Source of the DNA: Cladosporium halotolerans
Lineage: Eukaryota
DNA length: 64,000 nt
Assembly (NCBI RefSeq): GCF_011745625.1
Contig: NW_027191488.1
Location: 1 to 64,000 of the forward strand
Direction of reading: 5' to 3'
The notes beneath the pieces are model-generated. The model saw nothing but the letters and a program-made list of their open reading frames with translations. It made no database searches and was not told the origin of the DNA. Below, piece by piece: positions 47,752 through 60,112 of this stretch; the first letter of the stretch is position 1, and each line of letters begins with the position of its first letter. The translations under genes were made by a program, and so were the position numbers.

Positions 47752-49425
47752 CTAAAGCTCATCGTGGGTGTCAGTGGGCTCGTCCTCGTCGACGACGGCC
47801 TCCTTGACCTTCTCAGCAGCCTCCTTGACCTTCTCCTTGATGCCCGAAGCGGCGGCGGCCTGCTGGGGCATGCCGTCGGTCTCGACGCCCTCGGTGGCGG
47901 CATCGTCGGCGATGGCGACCTTGTGGCTGCCGTTGTCGCGGATGAAGTCGGCCAGGGCCTCGACGGTGCGGGCACCGCTGTACTCGACGGGCTCGTCCTT
48001 GGAGCCGGCCTTGAAGAGCTTGATGGTGGGGAAGCCGGAGATGTCGTCGGGGACGTCGTTGGCGGTCGCGTCGATCTTGGCGATCGTCACCTTGTCGGCG
48101 AACGCGGCGTACTTCTCAGCGAGCTCGTCGTACTTGGGGGCGAGAGCCTTGCAGTGGCCGCACCACGGAGCGTAGAACTCAAGGAGAACGTCCTTCTCGT
48201 TGTTGATGACGAGGTCCTGGTAGCTCTTGGCGACAACGACGGTGGTAGGGCCCTCCTGCTTCTCGGGGATGGGCTCGCTCTTGATGCTGGGCTCGACCTT
48301 GCCCTCGACGTAGTCCGAGACGAAAGAGCCGATGGCCTTAGCGCTGATGTCCTTGATGCTGCCCTGCTTGGCGAAGGGGAACTTCTGGTTCTTCTGGATG
48401 TCCTGGATAGCGAAGGCGGGCCAAGTGCCAACCTCGAGGTTAAGGTTGCCACCGTGCTGGCCGAAAGCGGCGGCGTCGATGGTAGCGAAGTTGACCTTGC
48501 CGCGGTGCTTCTCAGCGACGGGCTTGAGGTCCTTGGCGAGCGACTCGCGCTCCTCAGGGGTCTCGGCGAAGATGTAGGCGAGGGGAATGCCGGACTGTTA
48601 CGATAAGTCAGTTTCTGTTTCAATGGAGCGATTTCTCGAAGCAAGCACTTACAGCCATGTAGCCGGCGTAGGTCTCAGGGCCGACCTCACCGATCAGGGG
48701 AGTGGAAGCGGTCTTGGCGAACTCGGAGATGGCCTCAGAGGTGAAGCCATCCTCGTAGACGCTCTTGCCCTCATCGAACTGCTTGTACAGAACGACGGCG
48801 GGCTGCTTAATGCCCTCAGCCTTGGCCAGAGCCTCGTCAGAGGTAGCGCCGAAGAGGAAAGAGTCCCTGAGCTCCTCAGCGACGGTGGTGAAGGTAGCGT
48901 TGCTCGACTTGTCGTCGGCGGCGAAGTAGGCGACCAGGACGACCTTGTCGGCGAGCTTGAACTCCTCGAGGGCAGAGCCGCTCTCAATGACGGAGACAGG
49001 CGGGAGCGACTGCTTGGTCATGTATGAGACGATGGAGGCGGCCTTGCGGGGGCCCTGGTACGGCTGGACGTTCTCGGTGCCGCGGAAGACCTTGAGAGTC
49101 GGGTATCCCTCCACACCGTATGACTGGCAAAGCTCTTGCTGCTCGGTGCAGTCGACCTTGGCGAGGGCGATGTCCTTGTCCTTCAGGGTAGTGGCGGCCT
49201 CCTCGTACTCGGGCGCGAGGGCCTTGCAGTGACCGCACCAAGGCGCGAAGACTGAAGAGATGGTTAGCATGGATCAATGCGGCGGGTACATGTAGAAGAC
49301 GTACACTCCGCAAGGACGAGGTCGTTCTCCTTGACGAAAGGCTCAAAGGTGTCCTTTGTGAGCTCGTGAACATCGCTGGCGGTAGCCAGGGCTGCCAGAG
49401 CAGCGAGACCGAAGGAATATCTCAT
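47752..49425 (-). CDS. PDI1: Protein disulfide-isomerase
   Basis: Signal peptide, two APWCGHCK sites and C-terminal HDEL. Introns 49304-49252 and 48652-48595. Confidence 0.97.
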
Positions 49426-50529
49426 TGCGAATACTGTGAGGGTCCTGCCTTTCCTGGTATTCCCCAATGTGTAAGTATGGCAAGAAGATCGACTCCTTGA
49501 AAGAAAGACAATGGGCGGTCGTGGGTGTTAAGAAGGAGGAGGAGGTGCCGGCGGTGGTGAGAAGACAAGGCGCGGGCGCTGATAAAGCCAGCTAGTTGCG
49601 TCAGGGTCCGGCGGTTTTTGGACAGCTGGCAGCGCAAAGGCACGCGAGTAGTGAACCTCCAAGTCGCCTCCTCGCCGCCCCTGCAGCACCGTTGCCTCCT
49701 GATTGCACGCAGAGAATCCCTTCTTGTCGCGGGCTGCCCATAACACCCGCTGCTATAAGGGGACTGCGGAGGGCGCCGGTCCGTACCATGATTGGGATCA
49801 ACCGCCTGCCCTGACTACTGCTCTAGTATCTCTACTCTATTTCAGCCACAGCCTAACGTTATGTACGGTTTGGTGGAGTTTGCGCCGACGAGCATCGATG
49901 CCCATTGCGACTTTCCGGGACACCCGAGCTCGCATTTTCTTCTATCTCGAACCCTTTTCTGTTGTCCGAGTACCTGGGCATAATAAGATCCATCGACATC
50001 TCAGTCTATCTCCGCCCGTTGACAAGGAGACTCGACCGCGGCTGTCTCTCAACGATCCTCCTATCCGTCTTTGTTCTACCCGTCGCGCCCACCATGACCA
50101 AGCAATGTCTCACTTTTCGGGTAATGTCATTCTTCGTCTTTAGACCACTTGTCAATTACTGCACTTTATTCAGCATAAGTGCAGGGTTGGTCTCTTGATT
50201 AGTGATCTCGTCACATTCGAAAGACCAAAATGTCGAATCTGAAGCTGCATCAGTCAAGACGAATCTCAGCAATCTTAGCAATCTCGTTCACGTCAGTCTA
50301 GACTCTAATCGATAAAATACCTCGGTAGTCTGGTGGCTTCCCTGAACGTGGATCAATTTTCGACATTCTTTCATCGAAGGCCATAACGCTTGAAGGTGGC
50401 GAGTATCAATTCCATTGCTATTTCTCATGAACCATTCCGAATCCATCCATTCATCAACCCTTTTCACACAAAGTTCCCCAAAACCCCCCCAAAAAAGCGT
50501 TACCCCTAACCAACCAACCCTCCACCCCA

Positions 50530-51819
50530 TCACAACCTCCACCCCCTCCCCCTCGCAAACCCCACCTCCCTCCTCACCGCCAAATCCGCAATAACCTCCT
50601 CGCTCCCGCCACCCACAACCATCATCCTCAAGTCCCGCGAAATCTGCTCCACCGCGTTCCCCCTCTGATACCCCCTCCCGCCCAGCACCTGCTGGGCCTC
50701 CCTGCTCGCCTCCTCCAGCATCCGCCCGCCCGCCACCTTCGCCAGCGCAATCCGCCCCGCCACCTCGCCGTCCTGCCACCCCTGCGGCGAGCTCTGCACC
50801 GCGTACGCGATCGCCTCCAGCCACGCCCAGTGCGCCTCGACCTGCCGCGCGAGCGTCGCGAATTTCGCGCTGATGATCTGGTTTGCAATGAGCGGCTTGC
50901 CGAACGTCTCGCGCTCGCAGGCGTATTCCAGCGCCGTGGACAGGCACGTGCGCGCCTTGCGGTTGCACCCGACGGCCATGATGTAGCGCTCGCGGTTGAA
51001 GTTGGTCATGACGATTTTGAAGCCTGCGCCTTCGGCGCCGAGGCGGTTGGAGACCGGCACGCGGACGCCGTCCAGGTCGACGAGGCAGGCGCCGCCGGCG
51101 GCTTGGCCGCTGTTGGCGATGCGCGTGATGGTTATGCCGGGGAGGTGCGTGGGGATGACGAGGACGGAGAGGCCGGCGGCGCCGGGGCCGGAGGTGCGCA
51201 CGGCGGTCGTCATGTGGGTTGCCCAGGGGGCGCCGGTGATCCATTTTTTGGAGCCGGTGACGGTGTAGTGCGTGCCGTCCGGGGAGAGGGTGGCCGTTGT
51301 CTTTATGTTGGCAACGTCGGATCCGCCGGAGGGCTCGGTGATGGCGAGGCAGAAGGAGGTAGTGAAGGAGAAGAGGCCGGGGAGCCAGGCTGCCTTTTGC
51401 TCTGAGGTGCCGTGGTGGAGGACGGGGGGGACGCCGATGACGGATGCGCCGCCGAGGCTGGTCATCACGCCGCCTTCGACGCGGGAGGTTTCGTCGGTTG
51501 AGACGAGGAGGTGGAAGACGTCGAGCTCGTCGACGGGGATTCCGGCAGGGCCTGGGATGTCTTTGGGCCTGTATTGGGATGGGACGTCGGCGAATGCGAA
51601 TCCAGAGGCGGCCCATTTCTGGCGGTCTTCTCGTGGAGCTTCGCCTTTGGCTTCCCAGTCCAGAGATTTGGGGAGTACATTTTCGTCGATGTACTCGCGT
51701 AGAGCATTCCGAAGCTTTCGGTGAGAGTCGTTGTAGTATGGTGAAGCAATGCCGTGAGACCAGGCCGGCTCAGCCCAAGGAGCCAGTTTGCCGAATGAAG
51801 TCGACGAAGCTGGAGCCAT
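50530..51819 (-). CDS. Acyl-CoA dehydrogenase family protein
   Basis: CLAITEPSGGSDVA, GSKKWIT, RETFGKPL, QQVLGGRGY and GGGSEE; intronless. Confidence 0.92.
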   Translation of the reverse strand: MAPASSTSFGKLAPWAEPAWSHGIASPYYNDSHRKLRNALREYIDENVLPKSLDWEAKGEAPREDRQKWAASGFAFADVPSQYRPKDIPGPAGIPVDELDVFHLLVSTDETSRVEGGVMTSLGGASVIGVPPVLHHGTSEQKAAWLPGLFSFTTSFCLAITEPSGGSDVANIKTTATLSPDGTHYTVTGSKKWITGAPWATHMTTAVRTSGPGAAGLSVLVIPTHLPGITITRIANSGQAAGGACLVDLDGVRVPVSNRLGAEGAGFKIVMTNFNRERYIMAVGCNRKARTCLSTALEYACERETFGKPLIANQIISAKFATLARQVEAHWAWLEAIAYAVQSSPQGWQDGEVAGRIALAKVAGGRMLEEASREAQQVLGGRGYQRGNAVEQISRDLRMMVVGGGSEEVIADLAVRREVGFARGRGWRL

Positions 51820-52777
51820 GGTTTATCGTGTTATCAGCTTGTTGATTGCAGAGCCAGTATGCGACATACTGAATGGTCTTTGTCGTTTAGCCTGCTGACT
51901 ATGGCTACTTTTAGTGACCGACGTGGTCGGTTGTTGATGAGGAGAGTCGCAGCAAGTGCCTCGGCTCGCTAGGAGCTCCTGATCGTAGCTTGCATGCTTG
52001 CCGACAACAGCTCTGGCGGGTGACGACTCTCCGGATATAATGCTAGTCCTATCACGCCTGTCATTTGAGCTGATCAAAGCTTGAAAACAGAGAATATTTG
52101 TGCCACCACAAGCTTCCCTTATGAAGTCTGGAAGCACATGATGTCGGCCGTGCAAGCTCTCGTGAGCGCAACCACTTCAGGCAAAGGAGACCAAACTCAT
52201 GTCCGGATCAACCAATTTGTATCGCAAAATTCGTTCCAATTCCGTGACGCTCAATGGACAGCTCTATCAGGGTAGTAGATTATCATACATACAAGCCTCT
52301 CCCTCCCTAGCCGCCCGATCCTCCTCCCAGCGCCACGCCTAGTGACGTCGCGTTTTCCATAAAGAGTTGCGCCGAATGTTTTGTGTCCCATATGCCGCCA
52401 GAAGTAGAAAGAAGAAATCCATCCCGAGAGCAAGCGTTGTCCGGCCGTCTGCGGCAGATCAACCGCGCCCTCGTTGTGCAAACCGCTCGACATTGTTGTT
52501 GTTTTTCGCTGCAGTCCTTTCCAACCCGAATGATGCGCTGAGTCTGGCTTGGTGGCATGGTGTGCGAAGAATGTTGCCAGCCGCTCCAGAAGATTCCGCC
52601 GCTTTAGATACATGGCCGACGCGTTTCGTTTCGTCGGTGGGGCATAAGTCCCGCGCCTTTCTTACCATGGCGCTTCCTGAAGTCTGCCCAAGACTGCACA
52701 AGAGTATCCGCATCCGCTGGCCCCAACTCCGCAACTCACTCACCTCCCACGTCCGCCGATCCCAGCTTACGCCGCGT

Positions 52778-54007
52778 TCATTTCTCCTCTTCGATACGGA
52801 TAAAGTACGCCTTGGCGACCTCGTAGGCCGACCAGCAGATGGCCGTGCTGGGCGCAGCGGTGACGATTCGGGCGTTCATGCCGCGGAAGAAGCCCTTGGC
52901 GCCCTCGCGCCTGTAGATGATGCCTGCGGCGTTGAAGAGGCCGCGGGCGTTGCGGATCTCCATGTCGGTGCTGGTTCCTCGCGTCTGGAGCAGGGTCTTG
53001 ACGACGTCCAGAGGTGTGGTCGCGGCTGCGGCGACACCGCCGGCGAGACCACCGGCGGTGCAGTGGGTGAGCGGGTCGTAGCCGGGTTTTCGGCGGCTCT
53101 GCATGGCCTTTGTGAGGGACTCGTATGCGGCGAATTGCAGGGCCGTGAAGGGGACGGTCATGGCGAGGGTGGTGGGGTAGGAGGCGTAGAAGGCACGGAT
53201 GCCTTCGGTTCTGTAGACGGTGCGCGCGCACTCGCCGATGTTTCGGAAGGTGGAACCGTGGACCTGCATGCGTTGCTTGATCACGTCGAAGGGGTTCATG
53301 AAAGCGTCGCTGGCGATGGTAGCGCATGCTCCGCTGGATGCTGTACCCGCTTGTCAGTTTTGTTGGCGCAATGGAGGATGTTGGCATGCCTACCTGCAGC
53401 AATCGGGTGGTGGCCTGCGGCGTTACCACCCATGGCTTGCTTTACGACTTCGTATGTTGCAAAGTACACAGCGTGCGCAGGGCCTTAAAATTTGTCAGAA
53501 AATGTACAAACTCTTGTGATATCCGCGTATCTCACCTGCGCCGAGCACGACACTGGAGACACCCCTCCACAATGACATGTAACCCTCTGCTCTTGAAATT
53601 GTTGAAATGGCATTTCCGAGACCGGTGTAAATGGCGGCGGGTGTAGGGTTCACAACTTGCATTCGTGTCTGTGGGCGCCCAAGTCAGTATTTCTGCGCTC
53701 AACGTGACATATGCCTCGGCTGTCGAAAAAGCATACCTTCAGCAGATCAATAGGGTACATGACCGAGTGTTCCTGTATAAGGTCAGAGTCTACTTTCACG
53801 CCTCTAAAATATTCGAGAGCCATACTGCAATGCCAGCGAATGCGCCGGCGGCCATGTTGGCCGCCAGAGAGAAGTTGGGGGGAAGTCCCTCATAGCTGCA
53901 AAATCGTCCCGTCAGCGCGTTTCGTCCTCTCTGCGCGCTCGGATGGAGCCCACGACGTACTCGTATTCCTCTTCCTCAGCGATGATCTTGTCGTGAGGAG
54001 CTGCCAT
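52778..54007 (-). CDS. Mitochondrial iron carrier, Mrs3/Mrs4 (mitoferrin) family
   Basis: Introns 53960-53896, 53825-53773, 53736-53669, 53535-53484 and 53393-53341. N-terminal DYEGLP, AGIAEHSVMYPIDLLKTRMQ, GPAHAVYF and three carrier signatures. Confidence 0.92.
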
Positions 54008-54336
54008 GTGGGGTGGCTGGGCCACAAGCGTCTCGATCTTGCCGGCGGCAGACATCCAAGAAACTCGCTTGCAACGACGGGGAGCTGAAATCCGGAGGCG
54101 AACAAGGGCGCAAGGTCAAAGCGGCGACGGCGCTGGAGGACAATGGGCTGCGCGGTGTATATGCGACGTTGAAGAGTGCTGCGGCCGAGTGTATGGATGG
54201 AAGGGCGACGGTAGAGGCAGTTGATGAGGCTCGGTGGTCCTGCGGCGGCCAATGTAGTCTAGCACGACCGTTCGCTTTCGACTTTCCAGGCGCACGGACT
54301 CTCGTCTCTCGGGGAAAATGACGATGAGATGCGGCT

Positions 54337-54679
54337 TTATCAGATGCGCGTTGCGGCAAGGCACGAATCGCAGTCTGTCCCAGAGGCTGGGGTTTTGTTT
54401 GAGAGAGGGGGATGTCCGATATCAGATGCGTCGCCACAAAGAAGACGTCCGGTCCGGAGACACATCTGCTCTTTCGCTGGTGACGCTTGCTCTTTTCCTC
54501 GGAGCCGATGTCGCCGGAGACGTGGCGGAGATTAGGAACTCTGGGCGCTGCCCTGCCTTTCGCTCTTCTATTGCCTATCTGGGCGCCGCCTCTGCCGTTT
54601 GTAAGCATCTGATACTACCTGCGCCTGCGCCTTGAGATACTTTGCTTGGCCATGTTGGATGGGGGAAAGGATCTGATAA
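54337..54679. promoter_or_regulatory. ATCWGATAA (SreA/Sre1-type GATA) motif cluster upstream of the iron carrier
   Basis: Perfect ATCTGATAA at 54337-54345 (minus) and 54671-54679 (plus); one-mismatch copies near 54419-54427 and 54607-54615. Confidence 0.7.
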
Positions 54680-55406
54680 GAGTCGCCTTCCCGAAGTCCC
54701 ATTCGAAGCGACTACATCGCGGCGTCTCGTTTGGTCAGGCCTTCTTGTCTTCCAACAGAAGAACCTTCGACACTTCTGGCAGATATATTATGTCCGGCCA
54801 TCGTATCGCCGACCCGGTTCGTGGTTTCTCCTTTCATCGCCCTTGCAATTCATCCACACCGTGCGTTCTGCTATTCTTAGGGTTCGCTGGGCCGTAGGCT
54901 TCCGAAACATTCGTGCTGCAATGTTTGATATGACACGCGACTGTCCTTCTAACATAAAGGGGGGACTACGTCTATGGCAACCTCGAGGCGAATTATTCAA
55001 GACCACCAACTTTCGCAAGAATGACTTGACTAAGGCGACACAACTTTTCTCTGCAGGTCGCTGGGTTTTTGGTCTCGCTGTTCGTGTCATCACTCCTTCT
55101 CAACGCTATAATTGAGGTCGAACTTCACATCTGCCGCGCTGCTACCACGTCCTGGGTACGATCCATGTGGTCAACTTGGTAATGCTCGCACAGGGCCTTA
55201 CTCGTCCTTGACACGGTAACCAAAAGCATCAGCTCTAGGCGCTCAAAAGAAGTCTAGCCTCGCCCAAGCGACTCTGGTCTTCAAGCTAGGCGATAAGTCC
55301 CGCCCTCAGCTGAACAACAAGCATATAAACACAAAACATCTCAAGCTCACTACCAACACACGTAGGTGTCAATCACCATCCTCCTCAACTCCCAAACCTC
55401 ACCAAG

Positions 55407-56462
55407 ATGTCCCTAACCCAACCCCACCCACTCACCTCCACCCCCTCCCCCCTCACAACCCTCCTCCCGCACCTGACCCCCTCCCAACTCGCCTCCCTCC
55501 CCTACCCACCAACCCTCTACCCCGGCGCGCGCGATGTCCCCACCTCCTACGGCCCCATGCGCGTCTACGAATGGGGTCCCCCAACCGGCCGCAAAATAAT
55601 GCTCGTCCACGGCGACGCCACCTGCTCGCCACTCTGGGCCCGCATCGCGAACCGGCTCGTCGAGCAAGGGTGCAGGGTCATCGTCTTCGGTAAGCGCACA
55701 TCCTGAGCTCTCCTTTTCTGCGGGAGTGATTGCTCATCGGTGGTGGGAACAGACCTCTGGGGCCGCGGCTACACTTCCTCCCCCGACGCGCCGCACGACG
55801 CCCGCTTGCTGGCGCTGCAGCTGCTTTTCGCCGCCTCGTCGTCGCCGCTGCCGTGGTGCGCGGACCGCTTTAGTATTGTCGGGTTCTCGCTGGGCGGCGC
55901 CGTGAGCATGGATTTCGCGGCGGCGTTTCCGCAGTTCGTGCGCGGCGTGGCGTTGCTGGCGCCGGTGGGGTTGTTGAGGGGGTTGCCGGGGTCGTATGAG
56001 GAGTTGCGGCGGGCTGGGAGGGATGGGGAGATGGGCGAGGAGGAGCTGAGGGGGCTGTTGAGAGGTGTGTTGGGCGTTGGAGGGGAGGAAGCGGCGGATG
56101 AGGTGGTGAAGAATGCGGATGCTGTTGTCAAGTGGCAGTTTGAGGAGCATGAGGGGTTTGCGAGGAGCTTTGTTAGTACGTTGGTGTGTGGGCCCTTGCA
56201 AGGACAGGAGGAGGTTTGGAGGAGGGCTTGTGGAGAGTTGGAGGAGAGGCGGCGGGAAAGGGGTGGGAGGGAGAGGATGGTGGTTGTCTGTGGCGATGAG
56301 GACTGGGTGGTGCCTGCGGAGCATGTGAGGGAGGATTTGAGGGGGATGATGGACGAGGACGGATTTGTGTTCAAGACTGTGAAGGGTGGGCATGGGTTTC
56401 CGTTGGATGAGATGGCTTGCGAGCAGGTTGTCAAAGCACTTGTCGCCGAGTGGGAGCTTTGA
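55407..56462 (+). CDS. Alpha/beta hydrolase
   Basis: Intron 55690-55752. LVHG oxyanion loop, DLWGRGYT, nucleophile GFSLGG, GDEDWVVP and GGHGF. Confidence 0.9.
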
Positions 56463-56933
56463 TGTCCCTGATGTCATGAAGATGGAACTCGATACAAGTC
56501 GCTGTCGAGTTAGAAGACTTCTCAACCAAATAGTGTGGACGTATGGCGTAAACTGTGGCCTTTGGCATTGGCTGATTCCACTGCTTTTTCAAGACACTAC
56601 GCATACGAAGCTACAAACGTGATTCTCGCCAGCGCCGCCTAGCAACACTTGAAAGAGGAATAACAAAAAGCAATGTACTAAGTTATCTTAGGCACCATAG
56701 AAATCATGTTGCACGATTAAGGGCAGTGTTTGGAGAGAACGTGAGAAAAAAGATTCTGAACAGGAGCGAATCGATCAAAACGGGTTAAACATTCGTTCAA
56801 GTGAAGGTCTGCAAGTCCGAACACAAATCAGACAAAATAACACTTCGTGTTCAAACCACCAATCATTCTACCCAAGCCCTCCACGGCCAACAACCTCTGC
56901 AGCTAGCCGTGAAGCTAGCCGTGAATAGGCGCC

Positions 56934-59048
56934 TCACTTCGTCTTCTCCACAAACTCGTGGCCCTCCGCACCAGAGTCTGACTTCTGCTCCATGCCGCTG
57001 TCGTCGCCAGTGAGTAGAGCAGTGAGCCCGATCTCCCTCTCGATCCTCTCCTTACGAGCCTGGTCTTCAGCGGCGAAGCGCGCGTCGCCGGAGCCGAAAA
57101 TCTCGTCCATCTCTTCGAGGGTGCGACCTTTGGTTTCGGGGACCTAGTGGGGACGAAGTTAGACTTGCAGAGCGGCGACAAAGGGTCAATGGTGGGACTT
57201 ACGAGGAAGTAAACCCAGATCACGCCGATGGTGGTGATGACGCCGAAGAAGATGAAGGCGCCGAATTGCGAGGTCTCGATGAAGTCGGATGTCGACATGG
57301 CGACGGCGAACTGTGGTCTCTTAGAATTCGCAGGCAACAGAGGTGTCAAAAGCAGCGGTCACTTACGTTGTTGAGCCAGTTGGAGCTACCACCAATACTG
57401 ACACCCTTGGCACGCAGGCCGAGAGGGAAGACTTCGGAGATGATGATCCATGCAACCGGTCCCCACCTGTTGAAGTCAGCAATCATGCCGTTGCTGTTGT
57501 TTGGGCTTTTGACTTACGAGTAACCGAAGTGGATGGCGTACAGCCAGATGAAGACGACGGCAGTCCAGGCCGCACCCTGGTTGTTTTCCCAGTTGTCCTT
57601 GTACGCGCCAGTAATACCAGCGACGATGAAGTGGGAAATCGCCATGCCGAGACCTCCAACGATGAGAATTGTCTTACGGCCGAAACGATCGACGAAGAGG
57701 ACGGCAGGGATGGTGGCGAGGAACATGACAACGCCGACCACACCGGTGGCAAGAAGAGAGATGGTACCGCCAGTCAGACCGACACCCTCGAAGACGAAGG
57801 GGGCGTAGTAGAGAATCGCGTTCACCTGGGATTAATGTCAGTCACGAATGGAGTGATCGGGCTGTAAGACGAAGTTGACATACGCCGTTCCATTGTTGGA
57901 AGACCATGGTGAGGACGGCAACGATGGTGCGCTTGAACATCGACTTGTTTGTGACGAGAGACATGTAGTCGTTGAGTCCGATCATGAAGTTGCTCTTGAA
58001 GCTGCCATCCTGGTACTGGGGGAACTTCTCGATAGAACGCTGACGCTCGAACTCTCGCAGGGCCTTGATTTCGAGGAACTCAACGCGGACTCTGATGTCG
58101 TCGATGCTAGTGCTGCGAAGGCGCGCCAGAGTAGCGAGGCACTCCTCTTCACGGCCTCTGTTCATCAAGTGACGAGGGCTTTGAGGCATGAAAGCGATCA
58201 TGCCGACCGCGAGAATGGTGGAGGGCAGAAGTTGGATGCAAATAGGAATCAGCCACGCCGAGTCGCTGAGCGCTGGGTCGGTCAAGTTCTCCGGATCCGA
58301 ACCAGTGCCACCGAGGAAGTTAGTGCCGTATCCGATCCAGTAAGAGACCATGATACCAAAGGTGATGGCAAGCTGCTGCAGAGCAACCAGAGCACCGCGG
58401 ACCTCAGGAGGAGCAAGCTCAGCGTTGTACAGCGGGACCAGCATACTGAAGGCACCGACACCGATACCAGTGACGAATCGTCCGGCGAGAATGTATGCTT
58501 GGTCCTTGAGGTTGGCTTGGACGATCACACCCGCAGTGAAAACGACACAGGCGATCACAACGGTGACCCTACGTCCCACTGCATCGGCAAGCCAGCCGTT
58601 GATCAAGACACCGATCCAAGCTCCGAGCTCCAGGATAGCCGTGAGAAGACCTCTGGCAGTACCGGAACTGTTGCTGTACCAAGGTTCCATCTTTTCAATT
58701 GTTAGCATGATGTGTCGCGATCTCGACAGTGAATGCATCATGGCTTACGTAGCGTGTGAAGGCGGTCATGGTCAAGATCTGACCGAACATGCCCTGGTTG
58801 TCTACATAGGTCGTTAGCTGAATGCGACGTGTCCCGACGTGCGCAGGATGACTTACATCCATAGACGAAACCACCAAGAGCTGCGAAAGTCGCAATCGCA
58901 GAAGTCTTGCCATTGCTGATAATACCTGTCTATTGTAAGCGGACCGGCCATTTTACAGCTTTGCAGAGAAGTCGTTACCTTTCATGCCGGTGGGACCAGC
59001 GAATCTAGCTCGCTGGGCCGAGAGGCCCTCGCCGCCGACAGGTGCCAT
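56934..59048 (-). CDS. MFS sugar porter family transporter
   Basis: Multi-intron gene with LGGFVYGYNQG, DAVGRR, AELAPPEVRG, FQQWNG|VNAILYY, DRFGRK and PETKGRTLEE. Confidence 0.93.
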
Positions 59049-59560
59049 AGTCGATGGTGATGTTTCGAAAAGGCAATGGATATGGAGCAAGCATTCAGAC
59101 TGCAGGCTCCCGGAACTGGAAGGTTATGTAGGGCTCGCTCATCCCCATGCTGCTCCACCAGGATGGGTCAGCATGGGTCAGTAGATGAGTCGCCTAGACC
59201 CGAAGCTTCTTAGCATGAGGGGAGAAGGATGCGGCAGCTCGCATGGTCAGGCAATTTGGTAGGCTGTGAAAGCTGGGAGGCTCTCTCGGCTCGCGGAAGC
59301 ACTCATTCAGGCTGAATTGGAGGGTGATGAATGCCACGCCTGACGCCGAGACGCGGCTTGGAACGAACGGCATGTCGCGGCAAGTCACGGGATGTAAGCT
59401 TTCAGCTCACGTGTTGGTACCTCGACGTGGTTAATAGCCGTGAAGGAAGGGAGCTCTTTTGCCTGAAAAGCCAAGAGTGGCGAGAGACGGATTGTGAGTG
59501 GTATGTATCGCGGTTGAGGATGGGTTTTTGATGCCGTGTGGAAACGAAGCTTTCCGAAGC

Positions 59561-59624
59561 CTGGGGTGTGGAGACTGGAGACTGGAGACTGGAGACTGGA
59601 GATTGGAGATTGGAGATTGCGGAG
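59561..59624 (+). repeat. 7-bp microsatellite (CTGGAGA/TTGGAGA) in the sugar-transporter upstream region
   Basis: About 8 units at 7-bp period, read directly. Confidence 0.92.
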
Positions 59625-60112
59625 GCTCGCGTGGCCGTCTGTCCCACCACTATGTGGGACTTGGCCAGAACGCCACTCGCTGCAGTGGCGATCGCCTGAG
59701 CATGCTCCCTTGATGACTCGTTTTGTTGCCACAGCTTATGCGAAAAATCGTAAGAGGCTCTTTTCTACTAGAGTCTAAAATTGGCGTGCCATCTCCTTCT
59801 CAAGACCGCGGAAATCCAACTCTCTTCGGAGAGACATCAGTTTCGAGCTAAGTCGGTGTGCTCATATCTGAGGAACCCGTCACAGAGCTGGTGCGCTATG
59901 AAAATTTAGAAAAGCGATGATGTCAAATGGTGCATTGATATCTCATTTATGTAATCGAGCGATGCACTGTATACTTCCGCTTTCATATTGTTTGTATGAC
60001 TGGCGAATTGACGCGTTATGCAGTGCAATGCTTGTGCTGTTGGGTCCTAGCCACGGCGTATTGCCTACAGTGGTCTTCTGCCTTACGACGCATTTCGAAG
60101 CTATCCACCGTT

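Noticed and set aside
49620..49632. UPR-element-like GGACAGCTGGC upstream of PDI1
   Set aside because: Only a partial match to described Hac1/HacA sites; too weak to call.
50500..50541. Peroxisomal targeting of the acyl-CoA dehydrogenase (-WRL or a read-through extension)
   Set aside because: WRL is not a canonical PTS1, and read-through of the TGA gives no SKL-like end.
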